64,000 bases of DNA from Octopus vulgaris (taxonomy: Eukaryota), in assembly GCA_951406725.2 (NCBI GenBank), contig OX597833.1:51708001-51772000 (forward strand). Reading direction: 5' to 3'. The notes beneath the pieces are model-generated. The model saw only the letters and a program-made list of their open reading frames with translations, was not told the DNA's origin and searched no databases. A program made the position numbers and the translations under genes. Below are positions 1 to 13,980 of the stretch, in pieces. Each line of letters opens with the position of its first letter. Positions within the stretch are counted from its first letter, which is position 1.

Positions 1-374
1 AAAGAGGTTAAGAAGAGTAAAGAAGCAGAAGAACTGCAGAACTCTGAAAGTGTTACATGCGATATAATGAGTGACTTATAAAAGGAACATGGCTGTTTTT
101 TTTTTTGTCGTTGCTGTTGTTGTTATTGTCATTGTCATTGTGGTTGATGTTGTTGGCTGCTCAACCCTGACCGAATAGATCTATGACTGAAGGCCTTGCA
201 GCCAAATGGTTCTGACTATTCCTCGGACATTTTGCGCCAAGAATTATATTCAATTTTTAAAGTTACATTTACAGATTTTTTTATAGAAATAATTAGAGCC
301 AGCACCGAAAGTTACGGCGTTTCGCATACGAATACGTCTTTGTAAACAATGCGATCAAAGCAAAATAGGTAATT

Positions 375-418
375 GATGTATATGGATATTTCAGGTGTTT
401 TACTCCTTCTTCAGCACC
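375..418 (-). ncRNA. Minimal type-I hammerhead ribozyme motif (PLE-type)
   Basis: Minus strand reads GGUG-CUGAAGA-AGG(AGUAAAACA)CCU-GAAA-UAUCCAUA-UA-CAUC: stem I GGUG/CAUC, intact core, stem II AGG/CCU, stem III AUAU/AUAU, AUA triplet. Confidence 0.7.
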
Positions 419-559
419 ACATACAACCAAGTAATCATTCACGAACATATTGCTTAAACGGACACAAATATTGAAAAGTAGTATAACCAGTTTTATTACA
501 CTGCAAAAATTTCATGGCTATTTAAGTAATATTTTCGGGGATGTTTTTTTTCTTTCCAG

Positions 560-1429
560 ATGAAACCCATTGGAATTAATGATGGCAGTCAGACTAAGAT
601 ATGAACTTTTCAATGGAAAAGTTACGTTCCAAGATTAGTCCTTGCTTTTAATGACGATGATCCAGATCGAAGAGTGCAGTATTGCAAGTGGTACTTGGCA
701 CGATGTGTAGAAGATGCACACTTTCCAACAAAGATTGTGTGGCGTGATGAGGCCACATTCAAAATAAATGGTTCAATTAACCGCCACAGTTGCACCTACT
801 GGGGACCTGAGAATCCGCATGTTATGGTGGAACACCATGTTAATTTACCAGAAGTTACAGTGTGGTGTGGCTTATTATCAAGCGGATTAATTGAACCATT
901 CTTTTTTTATGATACTGTGACTGGTCCCGTGTACTTGAACTTGCTGCAACAGTCTGCCATGCCAAGCATTAGAGAAGACTTTGAAGACGAGGAGTTTTAT
1001 TTTCAGCAAGTCGGGGCACCCCCACACCACCATCGCGATGTTAGATCCTTTCTTGATGATCCTGCAAAACAAGAGGATTGGACGAAGGGGTTTCTTTGAA
1101 CACCCTCCACGTTCAACAGACCTCACACCACTAGACTTTTCTTTTTTTGGAGATAGCAAAAAGACAAAGTCAACGCTATGAAACCTGCAACAGTCGCTGA
1201 TTTGAGAGCAGCCATTGAACGAGAATGCACACTAATACCAAACAAATTATTTCGTGATGTCTACTTCACGTTCTCCTCAATGCCTGGACCAGAACGGACG
1301 CCAGTTTGAAAACAGGCGTTGATAAAACAGTAAAAGAATGTCTGAATATTCTATTAAATTTTGAAAATGAAATGTATTTTAATAAACACCTACTTTACAA
1401 TTATTTAAAGAGTGTTTACAACATTTTTT

Positions 1430-1436
<7 letters not shown>
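560..1436 (+). mobile_element. Decayed Tc1/mariner-superfamily DD41D (rosa/VS-type) transposon; transposase pseudogene
   Basis: ORFs 674-1099 and 981-1181 give WRDEATF..NG.INRH..YW..NPH, VWCG, FQQ(V/D)GAPPH and PPRSTDLTPLDF. Spacing is ~41 aa between 2nd and 3rd catalytic positions after correcting a frameshift near 1058; 2nd Asp mutated to Val. TIR-like TTTTTTGGACAC at ~1424-1435. Confidence 0.85.
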
Positions 1437-1471
<35 letters not shown>

Positions 1472-1490
1472 ACATACATACATACATACA

Positions 1491-1526
<36 letters not shown>

Positions 1527-1538
1527 TATGATATAGAC

Positions 1539-1591
<53 letters not shown>

Positions 1592-1610
1592 TAGATATAG
1601 ATATAGATAA

Positions 1611-1748
1611 ATACTCTTGTGCCTGGGGAGAGTCATTTTCTTTTTGTGCCTTATAATTTAACACACTCACCGGTAAAATTTTCCCTTATTTCTTATTTTT
1701 ATTTTCTTAAAATTTTCGTTGCGTCTTGCAACATTTTCAATAGTCTTC
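1611..1748 (-). mobile_element. Short PLE-like terminal-repeat element (family U3A8) with variant hammerhead at 1707-1743
   Basis: Homologous to 24369-24592, 24887-25017 and 25605-25802; minus strand CUA-UUGAAAA-U-GUUGC-AAGAC-GCAAC-GAAA-AU-UU-UAA. Confidence 0.65.
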
Positions 1749-2076
1749 ATGTATTCTTTTTATTCTTTTCAGCCATGCGGCTGCGGTCATGCTAGAGCTC
1801 CCGCGTGGAATATATGAAGAAATATGATTTCAAAATGAATGAATGCAAGCAAGGACGTTATAAATATTAGCACTGTTGTAGTTGCGAGCAATAAATATGA
1901 TAGCTATACCGGCAGCCCAATAACTTCAGCAGCAACAACAACACCAATAGCATTAAAAACATCCAATGGTCCTTTAGAACCTAGCACGCTTCTTTTAAAC
2001 GTATAGTTTTGGTTGGGTTAGTTCGGAACGAATATAAGAGACTAATAATTAATACATTTAATACGACAATAATTAA

Positions 2077-2509
2077 GGCGCAGGAGTGGCTGTGAGGTAA
2101 GTAGCTTGCTAACCAACCACATGGTTCCGGGTTCAGTCCCACTGCGCGGCATCTTGGGCAAGTCTCTTCTGCTATAGCCCCGGGCCGACCAATGCCTTGT
2201 GAGTGGATTTGGTAGATAGAAACTGAAAGAAGCCTGTCGTATATATGTATATATATATATATATGTGTATGTGTGTGTTTGTGTGTCTGTGTTTGTCCCC
2301 TCCCCCTAGCATTGCTTGACAACCGATGCTGGTGTGTTTACGTCCCCGGTCACTTAGCGGTTCGGCAAAAGAGACCGATAGAATAAGTACTGGGCTTACA
2401 AAAAAAAAAAAGTCCCGGGTCGACGATTTGCTCGACTAAAGGCGGTGCTCCAGCATGGCCGCAGTCAAATGACTGAAACAAGTAAAAGAGTAAAAGAGTA
2501 AAAAGAGTA
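2077..2509 (+). mobile_element. SINE family B (tRNA-like head, CORE-like CCTTGGGCAAGT, internal TA/TG microsatellite, (AAAAGAGT)n tail), full length
   Basis: Head GGCGCAGGAGTGGCTGTG.GGTAAG, B-box-like GGTTCAGTCCC, tail ...CAGCATGGCCGCAGTCAAATGACTGAAACAAGTAAAAGAG; >15 homologous copies in window. Confidence 0.9.
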
Positions 2510-2998
2510 TTGTTTGTCAACTTCCTGAACAAATACAGTGCGCAATAGGCAATACGCTGTCAGACAAAAGTGGATACAGAATGGCCATAGTTGCATTTGG
2601 TGGATTTCCTTTGCAATCTGAGAAACACTTTGGATTACACAAGCATAGTGACGGATTGTTAATCTTGTATTTAGTAGTCAGGAAGTAAACACTACTTAAC
2701 GACAATATTTTTTTCTTTTCTTTTTCTTTTTCTTTTTGATTTTCAATTAAAATTATTGCTTGTGTATCAATGTTTGTTTTTGTGAAGTGATTATGTAGGA
2801 TACACACACAAACACACACACACACACACAACACATACACACACGCATATACACGCCCATATATATTTAGATATATATACATATATATATATATATATAT
2901 TTATATCTATATATATATGTATGTATGTATAATGTTTATATAATGCATATATATACAATATACATGTATTCATAAATATATATCTCTTTATATATATG

Positions 2999-3082
<84 letters not shown>

Positions 3083-3536
3083 TTTATTTAAAGCAGCAGA
3101 TGTGTGTGTGTGTAAATATATATATGTCTGTATGTGTGAATATGTATATATCTACATACATACGCAGATATAGATATAAATATACATACATACATACATA
3201 CATACATACATACATACATACATACATACATACATACATACATACATACATACATACGCTATATCATGTAAGTATGTAGTGTGTACGGGTGTACGGAATC
3301 TGAATGCATATATATCTGTACATATGCATACAAATTCATAAATGCTAACAATGTAATTTAATGAATAAAAATATTTCGAGCTTCCTATGTACGCAAGCAT
3401 TCACTTTACTATGATGTTTTCATGCAGCTGTCTTCCCTGACTAGTTTCCCAACCCTCTCTCTATATATCTCTGTCTGTCTCTGTCTGTCTGTCTGTCTCT
3501 CGCTCTCTCTCCTCCTCACTGTTTCCCTCGTTCTGC

Positions 3537-3630
<94 letters not shown>

Positions 3631-3730
3631 ATACCTATCTATATACCTATCTGTCTGTCAGTCTGTCTATCTTATTTGTGTATGTGTGTATCTCTCTCTA
3701 TGTGTATGTGTGTGTGCGTGAGTGTGTGTT

Positions 3731-3797
<67 letters not shown>

Positions 3798-3860
3798 GTG
3801 GGAAGGATAGAGATGGAGAGAAGGATGAAAACGGGGAAGAGAGATGTGTATATATATGTG

Positions 3861-3954
<94 letters not shown>

Positions 3955-4548
3955 TATATGTATTGAGGTTGAAACATAGATCGTTTTATATAATGTCTGT
4001 TTATTAAATTACATTTACCCTCTCAAAAATTAAATCTAACATATCGATCACGTCCTTCCTTCCTTCCATAATTTAAGTAGAATCGTTTTACACCATTTTT
4101 AAAATGTTCAAGTGTTTTTAAAATAAAATTTCAAATATTTGTACTTTAAAGTCAAACCTTAGAACATTCTCCACTAATTTATCGTATCAGTTTTAATTAT
4201 TATTAGAATTGCATGTGAAGAGATGTTTGCGTGTATATTTGATGAATATGTCTAATGATTTTTTTGCATGAATTTGTGTATGCATAAGTATATGTACCCA
4301 CCTACCTACCTACCTACCTACCTACCTACCTACCTACATACATACATACATACATACGTACGTACATACATACATGCATACATACATGCATGCATACATA
4401 CATACATACATACATACATACATACATACATACATACATACATACATACATACATAAACCTACATACAGACATACATGCATAAATACATACATACATACA
4501 ATATAAATACATAAATACATAAATACATAAATACATACAATTACAAGT

Positions 4549-4790
4549 CTGGGAAAATGAGAACATTTATGGTAAATTAATGTGGAACTTACAGCTCTTG
4601 TACCCTGTCTATGAATTCTCAAATGTACTCGTCAGCATAGGTACATTAGGCTATGTACCAACAAATTTGCACAGAATCCTAGAAATATGAGGCTTTTCAA
4701 AGAAAGAGTAAAAGAACTGGCGCCGATTCTCGAAATAAAGTCTATTACTGGTACAGTGAAGATTTGTAAGACATTTCAAAGACTCTTAAT
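4549..4790 (+). mobile_element. 3' remnant of restriction-like-endonuclease non-LTR retrotransposon (R4/Dong/NeSL type)
   Basis: Manual translation ENIYGKLMWNLQLLYPVYEFSNVLVSIGTLGYVPTNLHRILEI*GFSKK...SITGTVKICKTF matches the KY..L / iGAlG.vp / GT..I.+.F C-terminus of RLE-clade elements; stops and frameshift. Confidence 0.7.
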
Positions 4791-5088
4791 CTGTGTGATT
4801 CCTTAGTTGGAAAGATGCACAAACTTCAGTGTGAGCAACGATAGCTCAACCAACGCACCAACTCAACCTCATATTCACGAATACCGAGAATTCTCTTAAA
4901 TCAAAATGTCTTGAACGCTGTTAAGAAGATCTCAAATGAAACTCAAAAAGAAATACATGCAAATATATACATTTTTGAATGTATTTAAAATTTCCACCAA
5001 ATTCTTTGATTAATAAGGACAAAGTTATTTTGTCTTAAATATTCATTGAATCAAAGACTGCATATTCCAATAGAAATATGATAGCAAA

Positions 5089-5320
5089 AGGCGAACTGGC
5101 AGAAACGTTAGAACACCGAGCGAAATGCTTAGCGGTATTTCGTCTCCCGTTACGTTCTGAGTTCAAATTCTGCCGAGGTCGACTTTGCCTTTCATCCTTT
5201 CGAGGTCGATAAATTAAGTACCAGTTACGCACTGGGGTCGATGTAATCAACTTAATCCCTTTGTCTGTCCTTGTTTGTTCTCTCTATGTTTAGCCCCTTG
5301 TAGGCAATAAAGAAATAAGA
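5089..5320 (+). mobile_element. SINE family A (tRNA-like head GGCGGCGAGCTGGCAGAA, GTTCAAATTC B box, central GTCGACTTTGCCTTTCATCCTTTCGGGGTCGAT domain)
   Basis: Near-identical to 27053, 28330, 31308, 36817 copies. Confidence 0.9.
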
Positions 5321-5385
5321 AATATGATAGCAAAAGGATTAATACAATACATATATAAGGTGAAGGTGTGGCAGTGTGGATATAT

Positions 5386-5555
5386 GCGCAGGAGTGGGTG
5401 TGTGGTAGCTTGCTTACCAACCACATGTTCTGGGTTTAGTCACACTGCGTGGTACCTTGGGCAAGTGTCTTCTACTGTAGCTTCGGGCCGACCAAAGCCT
5501 TGGGAGTATATTTGGTAGACGGAAACTGAACGAAACCCGCTATATATATATATAT

Positions 5556-5618
<63 letters not shown>

Positions 5619-5897
5619 TGTGTGTGTGCGTGTGAGGGTATGTGTGTGTGTATGTATGAATGTATTATGTATGTGTATGTGTTTGTGTGTCTGCGTTTGT
5701 ACCCCCACCATCACTTGATAACCTATTTTGGTGTGTTTAAATCCCCGTAAATTAGCGGTTCGGCAAAAGAAACCGATAGAATAAGTACTAGGTTTACAAA
5801 GAATAAGTCCTGGGGATCGATTTGTTCGACTAAAGGCGGTGCTCCAGCATGGCCGCAGTCAAATGACTGAAACAAGTAAAAGAATAAAAGAATGAAA
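5386..5897 (+). mobile_element. SINE family B, full length
   Basis: Head, CORE-like block, expanded internal microsatellite and tail all match 2077-2509. Confidence 0.9.
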
Positions 5898-6299
5898 GAT
5901 TAAGTATTCTAAACATTTTCCCCCGGACATGAGTCCAGGTTTAATGTTTTGTTGACTAGACAAAGCTATAACCTGGCAAAGCTCTCAGTAGCAAGCAGTA
6001 CAAGAGCAGTCACATAGAGGAACTGTTCTGATACACACGCTCATGTATTGCCAATAATAAATGGATAGATTTATTATTCATTTGATAACTCTTCCTGAAA
6101 ATTGCATTAATCCCAGTTCCCCCCAGTTTCCGCCATGCGTTAAAAATGCGTCAAAATTTAAACCACAAGAATTTATGTTTGGTTTTTGCCTGCTTTTTCT
6201 GTTTTTCACTTGAAGTGTAATTTTATATAGTTTAAGTTCATTAAAAATATATTTCATAAAAATCTAGATAAACTGGTTATCTCCTGCAGGCATTAGCTA

Positions 6300-6328
6300 T
6301 GACGTCACGCTCCACTCGCCATATAAGG
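6300..6328. promoter_or_regulatory. Perfect CRE (TGACGTCA) next to perfect CArG/SRF box (CCATATAAGG)
   Basis: TGACGTCA 6300-6307 and CC(A/T)6GG 6319-6328, in non-repetitive sequence; function inferred only. Confidence 0.35.
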
Positions 6329-6699
6329 CATCAAAAAGAGGTTTCGCTGCGTGTTTCGTACAACGGAAGAGAGAAATGTACTGTATCATGCATGCATACG
6401 TGCATTCAGACACTATAAATACATGGTCTTACGCACGATCACAAGCACACATATGCATATACATAGTCACAAATGAACATACATGTATACACACAAATAC
6501 ATTAGGCGTGTCCGAAAGCTTGAAAACACATATGCACAAAAACTCTGATATACACGAGCGTGATGTGTGCGTTGTGCGCGCGTGTGTATGTATCCGTGTG
6601 TCTGTGCGTACGCATACGCAGGTTTGCGTGTACACGTGTGTGTTTATTTGGGTTAATTTCACATTGATAATAATAATTGACAAATCATACATATAGTTA

Positions 6700-7210
6700 A
6701 GGATGTGAGCTAGCAGAAACGTTAGCACTCCGGGCGAAATGCAATACGGTATTCCATCTGCCGCTACGTTCTGAGTTCAAATTCCGCTGAGGTCGACTTT
6801 GCCTTTTATCATTTCGGGGGTCGATAAATTAAGTACCAGTTGCACACTGGATTCGATGTAATCGGCTTAATCCGTTTGTCTGTCCTTGATTGTCCTCTCT
6901 GTGTTTAGCCCCTTGTGGGTAGTAAAGAAATAGGTATTTCGTCTGTCTTTATGTTCTGAGTTCAAATTCCGCCGAGGTCGACTTTGCCTTGTGGGCAGTA
7001 AAGAGATAAGAAACGTTAGAACGCCGGGGAAAATACTTAGCGACATCTCGTCTGTCTTTACGTTCTGAGTTCAAATTCTGTCCAGGATGACTTTGCCATT
7101 AATGCATTCGGGGTCGCTTAAATAAATACCAGTTGAACACTGAGGGCGATGTAATCGACTTACTGCCCCACATCCGAAATTACTGGCCAGGTGCCAAAAT
7201 TTGACACCAA
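6700..7210 (+). mobile_element. SINE family A, tandem/multimeric copies
   Basis: Three successive units of the GTTCTGAGTTCAAATTC..GTCGACTTTGCC domain. Confidence 0.85.
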
Positions 7211-7400
7211 TATTACACATATAATTATATATTTTTGCTGTAATACACACGTAAATAGTCACATACAAACACACACACATATATATAAAAATACATTTTT
7301 ACTTATATGTCCGCATATATACGCCTTTATATAAATATGCATGTATGCATATATATATGTGTGTGTGTATGTGTGTATATATATATACGTATATTTGTAT

Positions 7401-7434
<34 letters not shown>

Positions 7435-7479
7435 ATATACATACATACATACACACACATTTATTCCAACATATTCACA

Positions 7480-7666
<187 letters not shown>

Positions 7667-7928
7667 GGACACACATACTCATACAAACTAAAATCTTTGT
7701 TTATTTTCCTTTCGTTAATTTTCATATTTCTCCGCTCTTTTTCTTTCGTCTTCTTTTTTTTTTTAATCCCTTCTGTTATTCATTTTTTAGCCTATTTTCT
7801 TTTTACCTATATTTCTTCACTCTAATATTTAATTTTTTTTTTTTTTAGGTTTACCATTTTTTTTTATATTTCATTTACACCAATCTTATTACATCTTTAT
7901 TTTCTTTTTTCATATTTCTCTATTTTTC

Positions 7929-8063
<135 letters not shown>

Positions 8064-8719
8064 TTCTCCACTCCATATGTGATTCTTCACTTCTTCTTGT
8101 TTTCCCCTGTATTTTTTTTTACTTTTCCTTTTATTTTATTTTATTTTATTTTTTTTTTTTTTTGCTGTTTCCCTTCCAGCAGCAGCTGCTTGCTCGTCTG
8201 TTGCGTCAGTTAGGGAAGTGTTGCTAACCTGACATAAGACCGCACCCTTATTCGTTGAATGATGCCTGCTGATATTGCTTAATGTGTCAGACAGAAATCT
8301 GTTGTTGCTAATTCAGCAACAGATCCAAGAAAAAAAGAAAAGAAAATCTGCTGACACTTTGGCAGGCGAGTCGTCATGCTAATCCATATCTTAAAAATAA
8401 AATGACTAAACAGCGCTAAACTGACATATTTTTCTCAATTAGTCAGGTAAAAAAAGCATAACAAGTGGAAATTGGTCGATGTACTTATTCAGTTGTAGTC
8501 GGTCAGTACTAGAACAAAAATTTTGGTAATCAAATCATTTTTCTGTATAAGTACCACCTGTATAAAAATTTGTATAATAAGGGTGTCGAAAACATCTACC
8601 CCAGTAATTGACTGGCGCTTATTTTATCGAGAGAATTTTATCGAAAGAATGCCCTCTCTAATTCCTTCTCTCCGACTCACAGATGTACGCTTAGAGTGGT
8701 ACCATCCACTCTTGCCATT

Positions 8720-8877
8720 TTCGGGAGGGGACTAGTCGAGTACATCAACCCCAGTGTTTGACCGGTACTTAATTTATCGACCCTGAAAGTATGAAAGGCA
8801 AAGTTAACCTCTGCGGAATTCGAACTCGGAACATAGCAACGGGTGTAATACGGCTAAGCATATTGCACGGCATGCTC

Positions 8878-8956
<79 letters not shown>

Positions 8957-9407
8957 GAAGAAGAAGAAGAAGAAGAAGAAGAATCGTATCTACCATAGGC
9001 ACAAGGCCTGAGATCTTAGGGGAGGGGGCTAGTCGATTATATCGATCCCAGTACTCACCTGGCACTTATTTGATTGAATCCGAAAGGATGAAAGGCAAAG
9101 TCGACCCTAGCGGAATTTGAACTCAGAGCGTAATGACGGACGGAATAACGCAAAACATCTTACCCGGCGTGGTAACGATTCTGCCAGCTCGCTGCCTTAC
9201 TTTCGAATTTCGGCACAAGGCCAACAGTTTTGAGGGAGGTATTAAATCGATTACATCGAGCCCAGTTTTTAACTCGTACTTATTTTATCGACACCCGACA
9301 GGATGAGAGACAAAGTCGACCTCAGTGGAATTTAAACTCGAAACGCAAGGACTGATGAGAGGCTGATAAGAATTTTGCCCAGCGTATGATTCGGTGAGCT
9401 CGCCGCT

Positions 9408-9410
<3 letters not shown>
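8720..9410 (-). mobile_element. Cluster of three degenerate SINE family A copies interrupted by (TAA)n/(GAA)n
   Basis: Reverse-complement domain GAAAGGATGAAAGGCAAAGTCGACC at ~8790, 9085, 9300. Confidence 0.8.
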
Positions 9411-9464
<54 letters not shown>

Positions 9465-9626
9465 GTAATAACTATTACTACCCGTGTATTTTAATTTAAC
9501 TTTATTTCTATAAAAAAAAAATGAACGAACTAGTGAGTTTAGTTTAATGGCCTACCAATGTATACTATGAGTTTCTTTGCCCTAGGAGTCGGGAAGACAC
9601 TCGGCGAGAAATGGAAGCAAATTTGA

Positions 9627-10089
9627 ATAATGGGCTACAGCAAATATTCTGCTCAATACCACAGGTTTGCTTGTCAGTTGTTTGACCTTAAACAGTTGAC
9701 CATGTCCCTTAGTTGCTGACAATATGTGCATCTCTGATCACGAGCAGAAGTAGTGGGGGAGCATCATAGTCATGTGTTGAGAGGGATTCTTTGGGGTTTG
9801 AATAATTCACCTCTGGAAACATGGGTGTTTTGTTCAACATCCTTAAACAACCCTTATTCAGGGACCTTTTGAGCAGGATGGGTTACTCGACCAGAAGGAA
9901 ATTCTAACTGGTCCCCACCTGCAAAGTCATATGCTGTTTATCTTGATATGAGATTACCATGTCGCGCACATATGGTTGTGATGCATGTGCCTGGTGTACC
10001 CTTATCTGACGGGTAGTCATGATGGGTATACTGGGCTTCGTTTATTTTACCCCAGTGTCACTCTGATGGCATGCACTGCTCTCTCACTC

Positions 10090-10146
<57 letters not shown>
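9627..10146 (+). mobile_element. ~460-bp interspersed retroposon-like element ending in (TAA)n tail
   Basis: GC-richer unique block ending ...GCACTGCTCTCTCACTC then (AAT)n; resembles a recalled cephalopod non-LTR 3' end; no second copy in window. Confidence 0.5.
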
Positions 10147-10153
<7 letters not shown>

Positions 10154-10171
10154 CTTTTTATTTTTTTCTTC

Positions 10172-10264
10172 CTTTCAAATTTGCTTCCATTTCTTGCCGA
10201 GTGTCGTTTCTTTGCCCTAGGAGTCGGGAAGACACTCGGCAAGAAATGGAAGCAAATTTGAAAG
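10172..10264. repeat. Perfect 34-bp inverted repeat with 25-nt spacer; 10206-10262 directly repeated at 9571-9627
   Basis: CTTTCAAATTTGCTTCCATTTCTTGCCGAGTGTC / GACACTCGGCAAGAAATGGAAGCAAATTTGAAAG. Confidence 0.9.
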
Positions 10265-10276
10265 AAAAAAAAAGTA

Positions 10277-10315
<39 letters not shown>

Positions 10316-10390
10316 GTAGTAGTGGTGATGGTAGTAGTAGTGGCGGTGGTGGTAGTCGTAGTAGTAGTGGTAGTAGTAATAGTAGTAATC

Positions 10391-10435
<45 letters not shown>

Positions 10436-10446
10436 ATAACAATAAC

Positions 10447-10488
<42 letters not shown>

Positions 10489-11884
10489 CCTTTATTAGTC
10501 ATGAGAGGAATTACATTTAAATCATTCATAAATAAACGAAACATTTAGCAAAAAATATGTGTGGATGTGCAAGATATAGTTATGTAAAAGAGGTAGTCGA
10601 GGGACCTTATGCAAAGAAACATGTTTAAAATGAGTATAAAACAAACGTATTATTTAAACATTACAGAATGAAAACATTTCCGGTTACTCACCAACGAACG
10701 GATGAAAAACCACTAATTAGGCTGTCTTAGAGAACTCTATATCTCTCTCTCTACCCATCTGCCACTCCTTGTACTTGGGTTCGGTATCGCCAAAAGTACC
10801 CGTCAATATTTTTTTATGTGGGATGATAAGCAAATAAGCTAAAAAGATCGTCACACATTTTCGAGGACACACCTGATCCAGTTTGCGTTATTACGTATCT
10901 GAAGGATCGATAAATTTTTCAAACGACTGTGTCATATCGTCCACTTTTTGTATTTTACATGTCTTTCATCTGGTTTTGTCTTTCTTCTTCTACTGTGCTG
11001 GGTCCTCTACCTCCTTTTTTCTTGCTAGTTTTCAACTTTCTCCGAGCGCACTACGCCCCTGTTTGTCACAAGCGTTGGGATATTAATATTGGTTAGCGGA
11101 GGAGATAGCTATCGTTTATCATCATCTACGGTCGAGAATGAGGCAGCCCTCTGGCTTTTCACGGACCAGTATTCGAATACTCCGGATCTTCGACGGCACT
11201 TCTAAAATGGTCGCCTCTAGAATATTTTGTTATTGTTAACCACTATTTTCTTCCTCGTCTTCTTCACTGTCACTAATATTTATTGTAGGGTCAGGGAACC
11301 TTCAGCTTCTTGATTAGCTCGCGGGATTGGAGTCGAGGTGATCTCTTCCGCTGTTGCCAGAGCCGCGAGAGGCGATGGTCAAAGAACAGCAACAGTTTCT
11401 GAGACTTGTTCTTGTCTCGGATGCTACGGCTAACATACTTTATTTTTGCTGTTCCTGCTGATAAAACATCATCAGATGGCTTTTACTTTACCATGTCTGA
11501 CAACCAGGGTTCGTGCCTGCACCATGGCATTTTTTTTTCTCTTCGCACCCTCAACTAAACACAGCTCCAGCTCAGCCTTGTGGTTTTACAGTGTCCTTAA
11601 AACTTACAATTCCGTTGTGCTCTTCTCTACCAAACTGCATCTCGCCATTCTTCACCATTCACTGACCACCCTCCCATACTGTGATACAATGACCACCCAA
11701 TAAATCAAGAAACAATATTTCTCATGGTGACTCTAACCATCATCTTTCTATTTCTTTGCCATAAATACTCGGACACAATTCTATGAGCGAACATATGCCT
11801 GACATTTTCAGCCTGTTTTTGATCTCCGTTCTTAGTCACAAAATCCGAGCTGTTCCAAAAGAAAAAAAGGTGAAAATATTCATT

Positions 11885-12292
11885 TCGTTATTGCCCACAG
11901 GAGGCTAAATAGAGGGGACAAACAAGGACAGACAAAGGAATTATGTCGATTATATCGACCCCAGTGCGTAACTGGTACTTATTTAATCGACCCCGAAAGG
12001 ATGAAAAGCAAAGTCAACCTCGGCGGAATTTGAACTAAGAACGTAGCGGCAGACGAAATACCTATTTCTTTATTACCCACAAGGGGCTAAACACAGAGCG
12101 GACAAACAAAGACAGACAAAGAGATTAAGTGGATCACATCGACTCCAGTGCGTAACTGGTAATTAGTTAATCGACCCCAAAAGGATGAAAAGCAAAGTCG
12201 AGCTCGGTGGAATTTGAACTCAGAACAGTACGACAGACGAAATACCACTAAGCATTTCGCCCGGAGTGCTAACGTATCTGCCAGCTCGCCGC
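11885..12292 (-). mobile_element. SINE family A dimer
   Basis: Two tandem units, junction GAAATA-CC-TATTTC at ~12055-12068. Confidence 0.9.
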
Positions 12293-13980
12293 TCTAAAGG
12301 TTGAAGATATTGACGAAATAATATTGTTTTGTAGTATAAAAGGAAGATTGGAGGATCATATAATAGCATTGGAGGAAAAAGAGGATGCGTGGTGAGAATA
12401 CATGCGGAAGAAACAGAAAAGTGTTGGTAATGATGGTAATAGTTAATTATAATTAACTAGCTGACCACGTGCTGTCAATAATGACGGCTAATTGTAATAT
12501 TTTATATATAAATAAGGTACAAAATAATGTACATAATAATCACACATACAAACATTCACATACTTTCCTTGTACACACACACATACACACATACTCACAC
12601 AGAATTGAAACGCTGATTTTTTTACCCCTTCCTTCCTTATTCATCTACCACCCCTTCCTTCCGCTCATTGCTATTACTTTCTCTCACACCCTCTTATTCA
12701 GGACTATTACTCTCACTACTTCTCCTTCACTGAATTACTATTTTCTCTCCTCCTCCCCGTCCTGCGTGATCCTGGACAAATACATATATATATTTGTGTT
12801 ATTGGAGAGTGTATTAATATACATATACAAATGTATAAAAACACTACGCTCATTATTATATTAGGAGATGATGGCATTATAATTATTAGTAACGGTAATA
12901 GTTATGTTTATGACGGAAGAGTTGTTGTCGTTAATTGTGGTATTGTTGTTGATGTTGTCGCTGTATAACCTTTGGTCAATTCTAACCAAATAGACACATG
13001 ACCAAAAGCATTCTAACTGTGACCATCTCGCTTTCTTTTAGTGACGTGTAGAATACTTACATTGTCAACTGTTGTCTTTCATTTTCTGAGACTTTAAGAT
13101 CAGACATTTAAGGTCTTTTAGCTCTGAGATTTGGCTATTATTTCTAGCAGACCGAACAACCGCCTTTCTTAACACATCATGGTGATGATGACAGTGGTGG
13201 TGGTAGTGGTGGTGGTGGAGATGATGATAATTATGAAGATGATGAGATCGTTGATAATAATACTATTGGTGAAAGTGGAGGTGACGAAAATGATAGAGAC
13301 GGGAAAAGTAAGCCGTAGGTGGATAGGGTGCTGGATGCTGTTTTAGGGGGTGTGTTGAAATAGATCGGAAGTGCATGAATCTGTAGAAGGGAACAATGAG
13401 ATTGGCTCAGAAATGTCGGTTATAGTGACGGTGGCGGTAGCGGTGGCGGTAGCGGTGGCGGTGGCGGTGGTGGCGGCGGTAGTGGTGGTGGTGGTTGTGG
13501 TGATGCTGGTGGTGGCGATGGTGACGGTGCAGAAGATCATGGTGATGGTGGTGGTGGTGGTGGTGGTGGTGGTGGTGATGCTGGTGATAATGATCCTGAT
13601 GGTGGTAGTAGCATTGTTGTTGCTGTCGGTGGTGACGGTGATGATCGTGTTGTTGTTGGTGGTGATGTAGAGGGGTGGTTTCCTCTGAATCAAAATGTCA
13701 CGGATCTAATTTGAATAGCCTTTTGCTTGCAACGACGCCCTGTGGCGAAGGAGCGATGAAGGGTAGGTGGAGACAACAAGAAGGAGGTAGGCGAAGAGAA
13801 AGTATAGAAGAACGAAGCTGAGGGGAGGAGGAGGAGGAGGAGGAAAAATAGAGGAGAAGGAGAAGTAGAGAAGGTGAAGAATGTGGAAGAGAATTTGGAC
13901 ACGGCTATGATTGCGTATACATTTGTGCTTGTGTGTGTGGTTTGTGTTATTGGAGAGTGTATCAATATATGCGTGCGCAT

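Noticed and set aside
1-81. Open frame KEVKKSKEAEELQNSESVTCDIMSDL* at window edge
   Set aside because: Short, purine-rich low complexity; no acceptor visible and no recognisable homology.
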